Positions 20,644-31,300 of a DNA stretch of 64,000 nucleotides are shown in pieces. The notes under the pieces are model-generated. The model searched no databases. It worked only from the letters and a program-made list of their open reading frames with translations, and was not told where the DNA came from. Made by a program: the position numbers and the translations under genes. Source of the DNA: Candidatus Omnitrophota bacterium (GTDB lineage: Bacteria > Omnitrophota > Gorgyraeia > Zapsychrales > Fredricksoniimonadaceae); NCBI GenBank assembly GCA_044225175.1, contig JBGAJA010000004.1:81631-145630 (forward strand), read 5' to 3'. How positions within the stretch are numbered: the stretch's first letter is position 1; every line of letters starts with the position of its first letter.

Positions 20644-21165
20644 TTAGTATTGAATGATTGAATAAATCGGCAAATCGACAAGACGCTCTTTACCTTTAAG
20701 AAATTGCAATTCAACGACAAAGGCAACGCCCACAATCTTGGCTTTTTGAGCTTTAATTAAATCAACGACGGCTTTAACAGTCCCTCCGGTTGCCAAAAGA
20801 TCATCAACGATAAGAACACGTGAATGAACTTTAAGAGCATCCTCATGGATCTCTAAAGTATCTGATCCGTACTCGAGCTGGTAAGTAACGCTTTTAGTTT
20901 TATAAGGTAATTTTCCTTTTTTTCTAACAGGAATAAAACCTGCTCCAAGCTTGTAAGCCAAGGCAGACCCAAAAATAAATCCACGAGCTTCCACCCCAAC
21001 GACATATTCAACACGTTCGCCCTTAAACTTCTTAGCTAACGTATCGATGGATTGCTTAAACGCATCTTTATTTTTAAGTAGTGTTGATATATCTTTAAAA
21101 ACGATTCCCTCTTGCGGAAAATTAGGGATATCTCGGATATGTTTCTTCAGATCAAGAGTTTTCAT
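20644..21165 (-). CDS. apt: Adenine phosphoribosyltransferase
   Basis: IPNFPQEGIVFKDI, EARGF, VDDLLATGGT. Confidence 0.97.
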   Translation of the reverse strand: MKTLDLKKHIRDIPNFPQEGIVFKDISTLLKNKDAFKQSIDTLAKKFKGERVEYVVGVEARGFIFGSALAYKLGAGFIPVRKKGKLPYKTKSVTYQLEYGSDTLEIHEDALKVHSRVLIVDDLLATGGTVKAVVDLIKAQKAKIVGVAFVVELQFLKGKERLVDLPIYSIIQY

Positions 21166-21171
21166 AACTTA

Positions 21172-22020
21172 TTAAACTTTTGCCATGGATTGGGCGCGGA
21201 CTAATTTTGCAGATAACATTTCTTTAAAAGGCAGTTTTGCTTTGCCATGACTAATTAAATACAAAGCTTCAAGGCCTAAGCGTCCCATCTCAACTAAAGG
21301 CTGTGTAACTGTAGCTAGAGGAACAGAACTTGTGGCCCTCAAAGGATTATCATCAAATCCACACAGAGACAGATCATTAGGGATACGGATTTTTTTGGTT
21401 TTTGCAACATCCACGACTTCCAAAGCCATAACATCAGAGGCCGCAAAAATAGCTGTCGGACGATTCTTTAACTTCATCAAATCAATCGCAGCCTGACGGG
21501 CTGGGGTTCTTAAAAATCCACCAATCTTAACAAAGCTTTTATCTACTGCAATGTGATGCTTCTTAAGCGCATCGTAATATCCAGCTAAACGAGACTCTCC
21601 TGCTTGAGTAGATAGGTCTCCTGCAATGGTGGCAATTCTCTCATGTCCAAGATTAATAAACTCTTCAGTAACCTTAAAAGCAGCCTCATAGTTATTCACA
21701 TGAATACAATTGATAGGTTCATCAATTTTGTTATTTAACACCAATGAAGGCATGCCTCGCATGATGGCCTTTTTAACTATCTCAAGATCATTATCAATGT
21801 CAGCAAAAAGGATCCCATCAACATTTTTACGATCGAGAAGAGTTGGATCTAACCAAGATTTATGATCGGACCTGTCTGTAATGTGGACTAAGAAGTCTAC
21901 ATTCAAACGACTTGCTGCTAAATTAACGCCTTTGGTGATTTCGCCAGTATAATAGGAATGAAAAATGTCTTCAAAACGAGGTAGAATCAAAACAAAAATA
22001 TGCTTACGTTTGACAGCCAT
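21172..22020 (-). CDS. LacI-family effector-binding domain protein lacking the HTH
   Basis: LGHERIATI, PTAIFAASD, IPNDLSLCGFDD, LATVTQP; starts 6 bp after the sigma gene, no room for an HTH. Confidence 0.82.
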   Translation of the reverse strand: MAVKRKHIFVLILPRFEDIFHSYYTGEITKGVNLAASRLNVDFLVHITDRSDHKSWLDPTLLDRKNVDGILFADIDNDLEIVKKAIMRGMPSLVLNNKIDEPINCIHVNNYEAAFKVTEEFINLGHERIATIAGDLSTQAGESRLAGYYDALKKHHIAVDKSFVKIGGFLRTPARQAAIDLMKLKNRPTAIFAASDVMALEVVDVAKTKKIRIPNDLSLCGFDDNPLRATSSVPLATVTQPLVEMGRLGLEALYLISHGKAKLPFKEMLSAKLVRAQSMAKV

Positions 22021-22026
22021 AGGTAC

Positions 22027-22836
22027 TTATTGATCCTCTTTCTCTTTTAAAATTTTCTTTAATTTTTGTATGGTGAGATCTTCGATTTGACGTACTCTTT
22101 CGCGGGATAGATTAAGCTTACGAGCAATTTTAGCTAAGGTATAGTTTTCTCCATCCGTTAACCCATAACGCATTTCAATAATCGTACGTTCTCTAGGCTC
22201 AAGGTCATTTAATAAAGCGCGCGCGCGTTCTTGATTAAAAAACATTTCTAATTGCTCATCAGGGGCAATTAAGCTTTCATCTTCCACAATATCTTTGAAT
22301 TGACCTTCGCTATCATTTCCAATTGGAGCATCAAGGCTCGACATTTTAGCGATAGCTCCATCAAGTTCTTTCACTCGATCGATCGTAACCTTCATTTTCT
22401 TGGCAATTTCAGCAACTGTTGGTTTACGATGCATTTGCTGATGAAGTTTTTCATAGACTTTACGATACTTTAGGATTTCTTCGTTCAAATAGACAGGAAC
22501 ACGGATCATCTTTCCTTGATCAATGATCGCACGAGAAATAGCTTGCTTAATCCACCAAGCCGCATATGTAGAGAAACGAAATCCACGCTCAGGATCGAAT
22601 TTATCGACCCCTCTCATAAGACCTATATTACCTTCTTCAATTAAATCACTGAGTGCAATTCCAAGATTGATATAGCGCTTGGCTATCGAAATGACCAGAC
22701 GCAGATTAGAGCGGATCATTTTTTCGCGAGCAGCTTTATCCCCTTTTAAATAACGGCGGGCTAAATCAACTTCTTCTTCAGGTTTAAGAAGAGGTATATT
22801 CTTGATGTCTTTGAGATATGCTTTAACTGGATCCAT
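22027..22836 (-). CDS. Sigma-70 factor, RpoD/RpoS-like, no region 1.1
   Basis: DPVKAYL, NLRLVISIAKRY, GFRFSTYAAWWIKQAI, SRERVRQIE; start 22836 favoured by promoter position (ORF track start 22875). Confidence 0.92.
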   Translation of the reverse strand: MDPVKAYLKDIKNIPLLKPEEEVDLARRYLKGDKAAREKMIRSNLRLVISIAKRYINLGIALSDLIEEGNIGLMRGVDKFDPERGFRFSTYAAWWIKQAISRAIIDQGKMIRVPVYLNEEILKYRKVYEKLHQQMHRKPTVAEIAKKMKVTIDRVKELDGAIAKMSSLDAPIGNDSEGQFKDIVEDESLIAPDEQLEMFFNQERARALLNDLEPRERTIIEMRYGLTDGENYTLAKIARKLNLSRERVRQIEDLTIQKLKKILKEKEDQ

Positions 22837-22846
22837 GTAGGGCTTG

Positions 22847-22875
22847 ATTATGCCATGCTCAAAGAGCATGCGCAA
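22847..22875 (-). promoter_or_regulatory. Putative promoter of the sigma gene with an inverted repeat in its spacer
   Basis: TTGCGC-N17-CATAAT; CATGCTC-AAA-GAGCATG at 22854-22870. Confidence 0.45.
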
Positions 22876-22892
22876 CCTTAAATTATTATTTT

Positions 22893-22949
22893 GTAGGGGC
22901 AGGTTCTAAACCTGCCCCTTATAAGGGTGGGTTTGGAACCCACCCCTAC
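22893..22949. repeat. Intergenic inverted GTAG-type REP doublet (REPIN/BIME-like)
   Basis: GTAGGGGCAGGTTCTAAACCTGCCCCT...AGGGTGGGTTTGGAACCCACCCCTAC, 5 bp after ppdK stop. Confidence 0.88.
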
Positions 22950-22954
22950 GATAA

Positions 22955-25744
22955 TTATTTTCGTTTTGCTGTCTTTTTGCCGGCAGAAGCTTTCTTTTCA
23001 GCTAATGCGCCTTGAGCTGCTGCTAAACGAGCAATAGGAACACGATAAGGTGAGCAAGAAACATAATTCATTCCAGCTCTGTGGCAGAACTTAACGCTTT
23101 CTGCTTCTCCACCATGTTCACCACAAATACCAACTTTTAAGTCTTTCTTCACAGAACGACCACGTTCAATACCCCATTTGACTAAAAGACCAACACCCTC
23201 TTGGTCAAGAGATTGGAAAGGATCATCTCTAAAGATTCCTTTACCACCTTCTTTTTCATTAGCAACATATGTAGGTAAGAAACGACCAGCGTCGTCACGA
23301 GATAGACCTAATGTCATCTGCGTTAAATCGTTAGTTCCGAAACTAAAGAACTCAGCCACTTCAGCGATTTGATCTGCAAGTAATGCTGCTCTTGGAATTT
23401 CAATCATTGTTCCAACGAGATAAGGCAATGTGACTTTAGCTTGTTTGATTAAATGATCGGCAGTTTTACGAGTCTCTTGTTCCAGAATCTTAAACTCTTT
23501 CTTATCCATAGTTAAAGGAATCATAATTTCAGGCAAAACTTTGACTCCCTCTTTGCGACACTTGATCGCAGCAGCAATGATTGCCGTGACTTGCATTTCA
23601 AGAATCTCAGGATAAGTAATACATAAACGGCAACCTCTGTGGCCCAACATAGGGTTGGATTCATGAAGTTGTTCGCAGCGATGTTTGATTTTATCAGTTG
23701 ATAAGCCGGTAATTTTGCTTAATTTTTCAATACCAGCGTGATCTTTTGGTGTGAATTCGTGCAATGGCGGATCGATCAAACGGATGGTTACAGGAAATCC
23801 GTTCATTGCTTTAAAAATTCCATAGAAGTCATTGGTTTGGAAAGGTAGCAATTTCGCCAATGCTGTTTTACGTGTTTCCAATGTTTCAGCAACGATCATT
23901 TCTTGGATAGCTAAACGACGTTCTTCTGTATCAAAGAACATATGTTCTGTACGGCAAAGCCCAATACCTTCAGCACCCATTTTGATAGCATTTTCAGCAT
24001 CATATGGTGTGTCTGCATTGGTACGCACTTTGATTGTACGCATGGTATCAGCCCATTTAAGGATTGTGTAATATGCTTCTGGAAGGCTAGGATCTTTAAG
24101 CGGCAAATCACCAGAATAAATTTCACCAGCAGAACCATCAAGGGTAATAAATTCACCTTGCTTGATTGTCTTACCATTAACAGTCATAGATTTTGTTTCA
24201 TAATTGATATTTAACGCTTCACATCCAACGATACAGCATTTACCCCAACCGCGAGCAACGACTGCTGCGTGTGAAGTCTTACCGCCGGTGGCTGTTAAGA
24301 TACCTTTAGCAGCATGCATACCGCCTACGTCTTCAGGAGATGTTTCCTTACGGACTAAAATGACCTTCTCTCCCTTAGCTCCCAATTTTTCAGCTTCGGC
24401 AGCGGTAAAGACAACCTTACCTGCAGCAGAACCAGGAACAGCATTGATACCACCACCTAAGCGAATCTTCTTTAATTGATCCACTGAGGTTTTAGTTGTA
24501 TCGATGACAGGATAGAATAAACGTTCGATATCATCAGATGAGATACGATTGACTGCTTGTTCTTTAGTAATAACTGGCTTAATGGCCAATTCAGCGAATT
24601 TCTTAGGTAAATAACCCTTCTTAACCAAGTCATTAGCTTGAGCTTTAGTTAATAAAGGTTTTGTGGCGTGATCCAAAGCGATTTGGAAAGCACCAGCTGG
24701 AGATCTCTTACCTGTACGGCATTGAAGCATATATAACTTTTCATCTTCAACGGTAAATTCAAGATCTTGCATTTCCTTATAATAGGATTCAAGGATGGCA
24801 CGAACAGCACATAATTGATCATATGCCTTTGGCATGGTGTCTTGAAGTGTTTGTAATTTAAGGGGGGTACGGATACCAGCTACAACGTCTTCCCCTTGGG
24901 CATTGATTAAATAATCACCGTAGAAGATGTTTTCGCCTGTGTTTGGATCGCGGGTAAAGCAAACGCCTGTTCCAGAGTTGTCACCCTTGTTACCATAAAC
25001 CATCTGAACAACGTTGACAGCAGTACCTTTAAGATCGGTAATCTTTTCAACACGACGATAGGTTTGTGCTTTTTCAGCTTCCCAGCTTGAGAAAACAGCC
25101 ATGATAGCACCCCATAATTGCTTATAAGGATCTTGTGGGAAATCTTCGCCCTTGTTCATTTTATAAAAAGCTTTAAATTGATCACATAATTCCTTAAGTT
25201 TTTCAGCAGGAATTTCTGGATCATTCTTAACACCAATTTCATGCTTCATTTCATGAAGCATATCTTCCATTGGTTGCTTGGATAATCCCATAGCTGTGGA
25301 AGAAAACATTTGGATAAAACGTCTGTATGAATCATACGCAAATCTGGGGTTTCCAGTTTTCTTCGCTAAACCTTCAACGCTTTTATCATTTAACCCTAAG
25401 TTCAAAATTGTCTCTAACATACCAGGCATGGAACGAGCTGCACCAGATCTGACAGACACAAGCAATGGATCATTGTTATCGCCTAATTTCTTACCCGTGA
25501 CTTTTTCAAGTTTAGTAACAGCTTCACGAACTTCTTTTTCTAAACCAGCAGGAAGTTTCTTGCCTAATTTATAATACTCTTCGCAAGTTTGAATAGAGAC
25601 GGTAAAACCAGCAGGAACTGGGATGCCTATGGTGGTCATTTCCATAAGACCAATACCCTTTCCTCCTAATACATTCTTTGTTAGATCTTCGCCTTTGGCT
25701 TCTGCTTTACCAGCGCCGTAGGAAAACACATGCTTTTTAGCCAT
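22955..25744 (-). CDS. ppdK: Pyruvate, phosphate dikinase
   Basis: LGGKG, LLVSVRSGA, GGKTSHAAVVARG, GLCRTEHMF, SFGTNDLTQ, GICGEHGG. Confidence 0.97.
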   Translation of the reverse strand: MAKKHVFSYGAGKAEAKGEDLTKNVLGGKGIGLMEMTTIGIPVPAGFTVSIQTCEEYYKLGKKLPAGLEKEVREAVTKLEKVTGKKLGDNNDPLLVSVRSGAARSMPGMLETILNLGLNDKSVEGLAKKTGNPRFAYDSYRRFIQMFSSTAMGLSKQPMEDMLHEMKHEIGVKNDPEIPAEKLKELCDQFKAFYKMNKGEDFPQDPYKQLWGAIMAVFSSWEAEKAQTYRRVEKITDLKGTAVNVVQMVYGNKGDNSGTGVCFTRDPNTGENIFYGDYLINAQGEDVVAGIRTPLKLQTLQDTMPKAYDQLCAVRAILESYYKEMQDLEFTVEDEKLYMLQCRTGKRSPAGAFQIALDHATKPLLTKAQANDLVKKGYLPKKFAELAIKPVITKEQAVNRISSDDIERLFYPVIDTTKTSVDQLKKIRLGGGINAVPGSAAGKVVFTAAEAEKLGAKGEKVILVRKETSPEDVGGMHAAKGILTATGGKTSHAAVVARGWGKCCIVGCEALNINYETKSMTVNGKTIKQGEFITLDGSAGEIYSGDLPLKDPSLPEAYYTILKWADTMRTIKVRTNADTPYDAENAIKMGAEGIGLCRTEHMFFDTEERRLAIQEMIVAETLETRKTALAKLLPFQTNDFYGIFKAMNGFPVTIRLIDPPLHEFTPKDHAGIEKLSKITGLSTDKIKHRCEQLHESNPMLGHRGCRLCITYPEILEMQVTAIIAAAIKCRKEGVKVLPEIMIPLTMDKKEFKILEQETRKTADHLIKQAKVTLPYLVGTMIEIPRAALLADQIAEVAEFFSFGTNDLTQMTLGLSRDDAGRFLPTYVANEKEGGKGIFRDDPFQSLDQEGVGLLVKWGIERGRSVKKDLKVGICGEHGGEAESVKFCHRAGMNYVSCSPYRVPIARLAAAQGALAEKKASAGKKTAKRK

Positions 25745-25769
25745 CTTAAACTCTCCTTATTTTGTATTT

Positions 25770-25796
25770 GTACGGGCGGGGTCACCCCGCCCCTAC
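25770..25796 (-). repeat. Single GTAG-type REP after glyQS stop
   Basis: Minus strand GTAGGGGCGGGGTGACCCCGCCCGTAC. Confidence 0.82.
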
Positions 25797-25797
25797 G

Positions 25798-27111
25798 TTA
25801 AACCAGATTCTTTAAAATATACTCACGTAGGCCAGCTACAGGAATGCGTTCTTGTTTCATGGTATCTCTGTGACGAACTGTGACTTGATTATCTTCTAAC
25901 GATTGGACGTCCACGGTCACGCAGAAAAATGTTCCTACTTCATCTTGACGGCGGTAAAGTTTCCCTATCGCAGCGGAGTCATCGTACACACAAACAATAT
26001 CTTTTTGAAGTTCATTTTTTAATTTTTTTGCTAAAGCGACAATTCCTTCGTTCTTTTTCAAGAGTGGAAGAACAGCAACTTTGATTGGACAAAGTTTTGG
26101 ATGAAATTTCATAACCACACGGGTGGCTTCATTAACAACTTCTTCATGATACGCATCAACTAAGAATGCCAAAGTTCCTCTGTCACATCCACCAGAAGGC
26201 TCAATAACATAAGGATAAAACTCTTCGTTGGTCACAGGATCTTTGTATTGCAAATTAGCTCCTGAAAATTGAGCATGCTGTTTCAAATCATAATCGCCAC
26301 GATTAGCAATTCCCTCAAGTTCAGACCAGCCAAAGGGGAACTTGTACTCTACGTCGGTACATCCAGCAGCATAATGAGCCAATTCATCCTTACCATGTTC
26401 TCTTAATTGTAAATTCTCTTTCTTGATACCTAAATCTGAATACCATTGGAATCGAGCTTGAATCCATTCTTGATACTTCCCTGCAGCTTGTTCTGGACGA
26501 CAGAAGTATTCAATTTCCATTTGTTCAAATTCACGGGTACGAAATGTAAAGTTTCCTGGAGTGATTTCATTACGAAATGATTTACCGATTTGAGCAATAC
26601 CAAAAGGCAATTTACGATGAGTTGCATCCACTACGTTTGGAAAATTCACAAAGATGCCTTGCGCTGTTTCAGGACGCAAGTAAGTGACCGAAGAAGAGTC
26701 TTCCATGGCACCTAAAGACGTTTTAAGCATTAAATTGAACGCACGAGGATCTGAAAAAGTATTGTTACCGCACTGAGGACACTTATTATTCTTGATATGA
26801 TCTGGACGAAGGCGTTTGTTACATTTTTTACATTCAACAAGTTGGTCCACGAAATTAGCTACGTGACCGGAGGCCTCCCATGTTTTTGGATGCATGAGGA
26901 TAGAGCAATCTAACCCAACCACATCTTCACGGAAATGAACAACAGCCTGCCACCAGGCATTTTTGACATTGCGTTTAAGCTCAGCACCCAAAGGACCATA
27001 GTCCCAGGCCCCACCTAAACCACCATATATTTCGGAAGATTGGAAAATAAAGCCGCGTCTTTTGCAGAGGGCCACTACCTTTTCCATTAAATCGGGATTG
27101 CTCATGTACAA
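25798..27111 (-). CDS. glyQS: Glycine--tRNA ligase, homodimeric (alpha2) type
   Basis: KRRGF...IYGG, YLRPETAQG, FRNEITPGNFTFRTREFEQME, IGKLYRRQDE. Confidence 0.96.
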   Translation of the reverse strand: MYMSNPDLMEKVVALCKRRGFIFQSSEIYGGLGGAWDYGPLGAELKRNVKNAWWQAVVHFREDVVGLDCSILMHPKTWEASGHVANFVDQLVECKKCNKRLRPDHIKNNKCPQCGNNTFSDPRAFNLMLKTSLGAMEDSSSVTYLRPETAQGIFVNFPNVVDATHRKLPFGIAQIGKSFRNEITPGNFTFRTREFEQMEIEYFCRPEQAAGKYQEWIQARFQWYSDLGIKKENLQLREHGKDELAHYAAGCTDVEYKFPFGWSELEGIANRGDYDLKQHAQFSGANLQYKDPVTNEEFYPYVIEPSGGCDRGTLAFLVDAYHEEVVNEATRVVMKFHPKLCPIKVAVLPLLKKNEGIVALAKKLKNELQKDIVCVYDDSAAIGKLYRRQDEVGTFFCVTVDVQSLEDNQVTVRHRDTMKQERIPVAGLREYILKNLV

Positions 27112-27196
27112 CGTTCTTTCTATTGATTGTCAAACAGAAGGCGGTATTTTAGCAAAAGAAAAACAAAAAGCAATACTTGATTAAAATTCGACACAT

Positions 27197-28312
27197 TCAA
27201 TTTTGCGATACAAAATCCGGCAGCGGTATGGGGGTTATGGTGAGGATATATGGAACTAGGCCGGTTAAATGGGTTAATTCTGCAGGAAGTTGTACATCTC
27301 CTACCTGAGGCATTTGACCCTGTTCTTTGATCTCTGTTTTCAATAAATCTGGGTTTAGATCAATACCTCCCAAGTCTTTATTCTTGGAAACCTGCGCCTG
27401 ATCTGGCGTTGAGCTACCCACATTCAGCTCTAGGGCCGTAATGATTCTTTCTAATCTCTCTTTTCGCAATTGCAATTGTTTCAATGCCTTGTTATCTAGT
27501 TTGGCTTGCGACCCTGCCTCAGACATGTCTTGTTCTATGCGCTCGATGTTTTCTATTACCTCTAACCTCTGCCCTTCGTAAGCAATCAACTTCTCTAATC
27601 TTTCTTTCTCAACTTGGAGTTGATGGGGTTGCTTTTGTAATGCTTCATTTTCAATTGCGTTAACTTTTTGCACTGGCTTAAATATTGTCCAAAGCTTGCT
27701 CTTCTGTCCGCTCAAATATACTGTACGAATTCGACCATCGGCTTGTTCATATGCAGAAGAAATCCAATCATCATGTTCAAGCCTTTCAATAATGGTGTAG
27801 TTTCCCTCCGCTTGTGCTTCCCAAATATAGGCAATAGTATCGCTTACCGTTATTATTCGACCATCCGAAAGTTCTTTTGCTGATCCTACCCTTTCAGGAT
27901 GTTCTAATGGTTTGGTAGCCTCCACCCATTGGACACCTACCTTTTTCCAAATTCTGGCCGTTTGATCTCTGCCTGCTGTCAAAATTCTTCCATCTGATAA
28001 TGCTACTGCATATTTGATTAATTTGGTCGATTCTTGTTTGATGTCCGTAGGGGCATGATTTATCATGCCCTTTAATTGGGTTTGATGAATCAAACCCCTA
28101 CGGTTAGGGTTTTCATCTCCCGCATCCATCACAAAATCAAACTCAAAAGGCCGATTCGCATGCACCTTAAGGCCCTTCAACATAGGCACATTGCTGGCCA
28201 TCGCAACCTCGTAGGTTCGTAAGGGCAGGTTCCCCTGGGCCTGGGCTGGGATTGGGCCTAGACCGGTTATCAAAAAGCTCACCAATGTTAAAATTGAGAA
28301 TGGTTTTTTCAT
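27197..28312 (-). CDS. Short, internally deleted member of the giant-protein family (371 aa)
   Basis: First ~100 aa essentially identical to the adjacent paralogue, fused at KLIKY|AVALSDGRIL into about three WD40 repeats, coiled coil, DQAQ and GGIDLNP C-domain. Confidence 0.8.
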   Translation of the reverse strand: MKKPFSILTLVSFLITGLGPIPAQAQGNLPLRTYEVAMASNVPMLKGLKVHANRPFEFDFVMDAGDENPNRRGLIHQTQLKGMINHAPTDIKQESTKLIKYAVALSDGRILTAGRDQTARIWKKVGVQWVEATKPLEHPERVGSAKELSDGRIITVSDTIAYIWEAQAEGNYTIIERLEHDDWISSAYEQADGRIRTVYLSGQKSKLWTIFKPVQKVNAIENEALQKQPHQLQVEKERLEKLIAYEGQRLEVIENIERIEQDMSEAGSQAKLDNKALKQLQLRKERLERIITALELNVGSSTPDQAQVSKNKDLGGIDLNPDLLKTEIKEQGQMPQVGDVQLPAELTHLTGLVPYILTITPIPLPDFVSQN

Positions 28313-28338
28313 GATTTATGGTTTTGCACGAAATCAGG
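28011..28338. repeat. ~325-bp direct repeat of the gene-gene junction (copy at 36293-36616)
   Basis: Both copies encode PDFVQNHKS-stop overlapping ATG (ATGA) and the next ~100 codons. Confidence 0.92.
28047..28101. repeat. In-frame inverted REP doublet (copies also at 36329-36382 and 47088-47142)
   Basis: GTAGGGGCATGATTTATCATGCCCT-TTAATT-GGGTTTGATGAATCAAACCCCTAC; encodes RRGLIHQTQLKGMINHAPT. Confidence 0.85.
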
Positions 28339-31300
28339 TAACGGCATTGGAGTAATCTTGATAATAAAAGGAACCAGACCAGTTAAATTGCTTAATCCTT
28401 CAGGAAGTTGTGCATCCCCTACCTGAGGCATTTGGCCCTCGGTTTTGATGTCTGTTTTTAATAAATCTGGATTAAGGTCGATACCTCCTAAGTCTCTTGA
28501 GGATTGAGCGGAATCTGTAGGATGTTTTTCAAGTTGTGCTTCAAGGGCCTTAATAAGTTTCTCTAATCTATTTTTTCGTAACTGTAATTGATCAATCTTA
28601 AATTGCTGTGGCAAATCTACTAGATCTTGTCCTAAAACCCCAACATCATCACCCAAAATGAGATAACGCGAATCTTTGCCCTGGTGATAGGCCAATATAT
28701 GTTTGATCATCTGACCGCTATAGGAATCTGTTAAATTCTTAATGAGATCATCACCTAAAGGCTTTTGTCCTTTCTTAAAAGCAAACGCACGCGTGCTGCC
28801 CTTATCATCATGTAAGCTCAAATAAAATGGCGGATCTGACTCCGCAAAATTCAAAACAGAATAAACAGGATAAACTGAATTGATTTTCTGTATTTCATTG
28901 GTCAAGGAATCATTATTTAGCTCAGATCCATCTGCTTTATAACTAAACACGCTACCCTTTCCAATACTCATGAATACTTGTTCTCCATTGTTTTCTCTGA
29001 TGATCACATCATAAATATGATTAGACTTATGTTTGTTGGAGATAGCCAGAGCTAATGGGACTTCATAAATTCTTCTACCGCCCTCCGTATAAACCGCCAC
29101 AAAACCCCTCTCTCCCGCAAATAAAAACCTTCTTTGTCCCTCAATTTGATACTCTAAGACTGTATAAATATCAAATGGCGTAGGAAGTTCTCTTATGGCT
29201 TTAGCCATAGGGTGGTCCACTTCTCTGCCGTCTTTCCCAAACACATAAACTTGTCTCATTTGACCTACAGCCATAAACGATTCTTCCCCTCTCGAACTAA
29301 AGAATGGAAGCACTTTGAATATGGTTAAATCTCCGAATTTACTTTTGATGGCTTGGACTAAAGGATCATTAGGGACTCTTGTTCCATCTTCCTCAAACGT
29401 AGACATCTTCTGACCGGGCGAATATCCCTTAGTTACAATGCGGACACGACCGTCTCTCTTATAGGAAAAAGAATAATGAATTCCATTTATTCCATGGAAA
29501 AATTTGATGGCTTTAGCTAACTTGGAAGCATTGTCTGTTGGAGGTAAAGCATGGATGGGTCTATAGCTTGGCTTGTGGTCAGCGACTAATCCGGCCACAT
29601 GCCATGATGTGACATGACCTCTTTCATCCACAACCTCTAAATGAGTTCCATCCGCAGATATAGATACAGAAATAAAATTATTCGCAGAATGCTTTGATCC
29701 TATCTCTGTTCTTTCTTCCCATACACCCTGATCATTCTTAGTCCATATCCAAATCTTACCCTGACTGCCCACTATGACAAAATAACTACCATCTGGTGAA
29801 ACAGCCACATCATTTCGTCCCCCTGGGGTTAAGCGAACATTCTGCTGAGTTCCTTTGCTATCCCAAATACTAACCTCACGATTACCCATAGCCACAAAAC
29901 TTCCATCAGGAAAAACATCCAATGCTTTATAGCCACTGTAGTAATAAGATTGATTCTTGCCCCATTCCCCATCCTTATTCTTCCAAACATTGATCGAATG
30001 CCTCTCAAGAGTTAAAAAAGATTGACCATCCGCAGAAATCACAAGATCTAATGTGCAATCCTCATGGCCTATCAAGGCTTCTTTGCTTGCTATAACAGAG
30101 GGCTCCCATTGATTACGTTCGTTCTTTTTCCATATTTGAATAAACTCATCTGAGGTAGGAGGAACACCATTATTGCCTGATTCAGGCCTGGTATGTAAAG
30201 TCAAAAAATAGTCCCCTTGAGGAGATATGACAATCTTTTGTAAAAGCCCCACCTCACCCCTTGGATCAAAAGAACGCCTGTTTCCCCATGCCCAACCTCT
30301 TTGACCATCGGCATTATAAATTGTAATGCTTCCGTTCGGATCACTTACATCTTGATTGACCATGAAGCTCCCATCTCGAGCAATGGCCTTTATTCTGGAA
30401 TCTACCTGGGATTTTTCTTGAGGCGAGATCTCATGAAGTGGCAATAACCTTAGAATTTGATTCTTTGCTTCCATTGATTTTAAAGCATCCTCGCGCTCTT
30501 GAGAAATACGGGCCAACTCATCTTCATGGGCAATAATTCTTTCAAGCCATTTTTTCCTTTTTTCTAATACAACAAGGCTGCTTTGCCCTACTCGAGGTCC
30601 TCCCACGTCCCAAATTCTCTCTCGTCCCTTGCCATCTACCGTTACAAAGTAAGTCCCATCAGGAGATATGGCAACGGCTGCTGCGACATCTTCAACCCCT
30701 GGATCTGCAACAGTCCCTAAAAATCTTCCTTCCCCCCATTGACCAGCAGCATTTTTTGTTGATATAAACACCTCTCCTTGAGATCCTACGATGACACAAT
30801 AATTGCCATCTGGAGAAATAGCCACATCCTGGAGGTCCATAAAACGATCTTTGACAATCTGGCCAGAGGATACCCATTCATCATTTGACCTTTTGTTTTC
30901 CCAGACGTGGATAAGACCAGACATCTTATCTGTGACCACAAAACTCTTTCCATCAGGAGCTATAGCGACAGATAGTGAATTGTTTAAAGCTGCAGATATC
31001 TGCTGCTTCCATTGAGGTTCACCTTTAGCATTATAAACTTGCACAGCACTGTTGTTATGGACGACCACAAAAAAACTGCTGTCAGGAGCAATGGCTACAT
31101 CCGTTATTTTATATGAATAAGAACCTACAGAAGTCTCTTGCTTCCACTCATTATTTTTCTGAGATTTTCTCCAAATTTGTACTTTCCCAGATTCAGTTGT
31201 TACAACAAAATAACTTCCATCTGGAGCGATTGCTACGTCAGTCAATTCCCAAGGAGAGTCGTTTAATAGTCTGCGACCTGGCACCCATTTATTCTGACTA

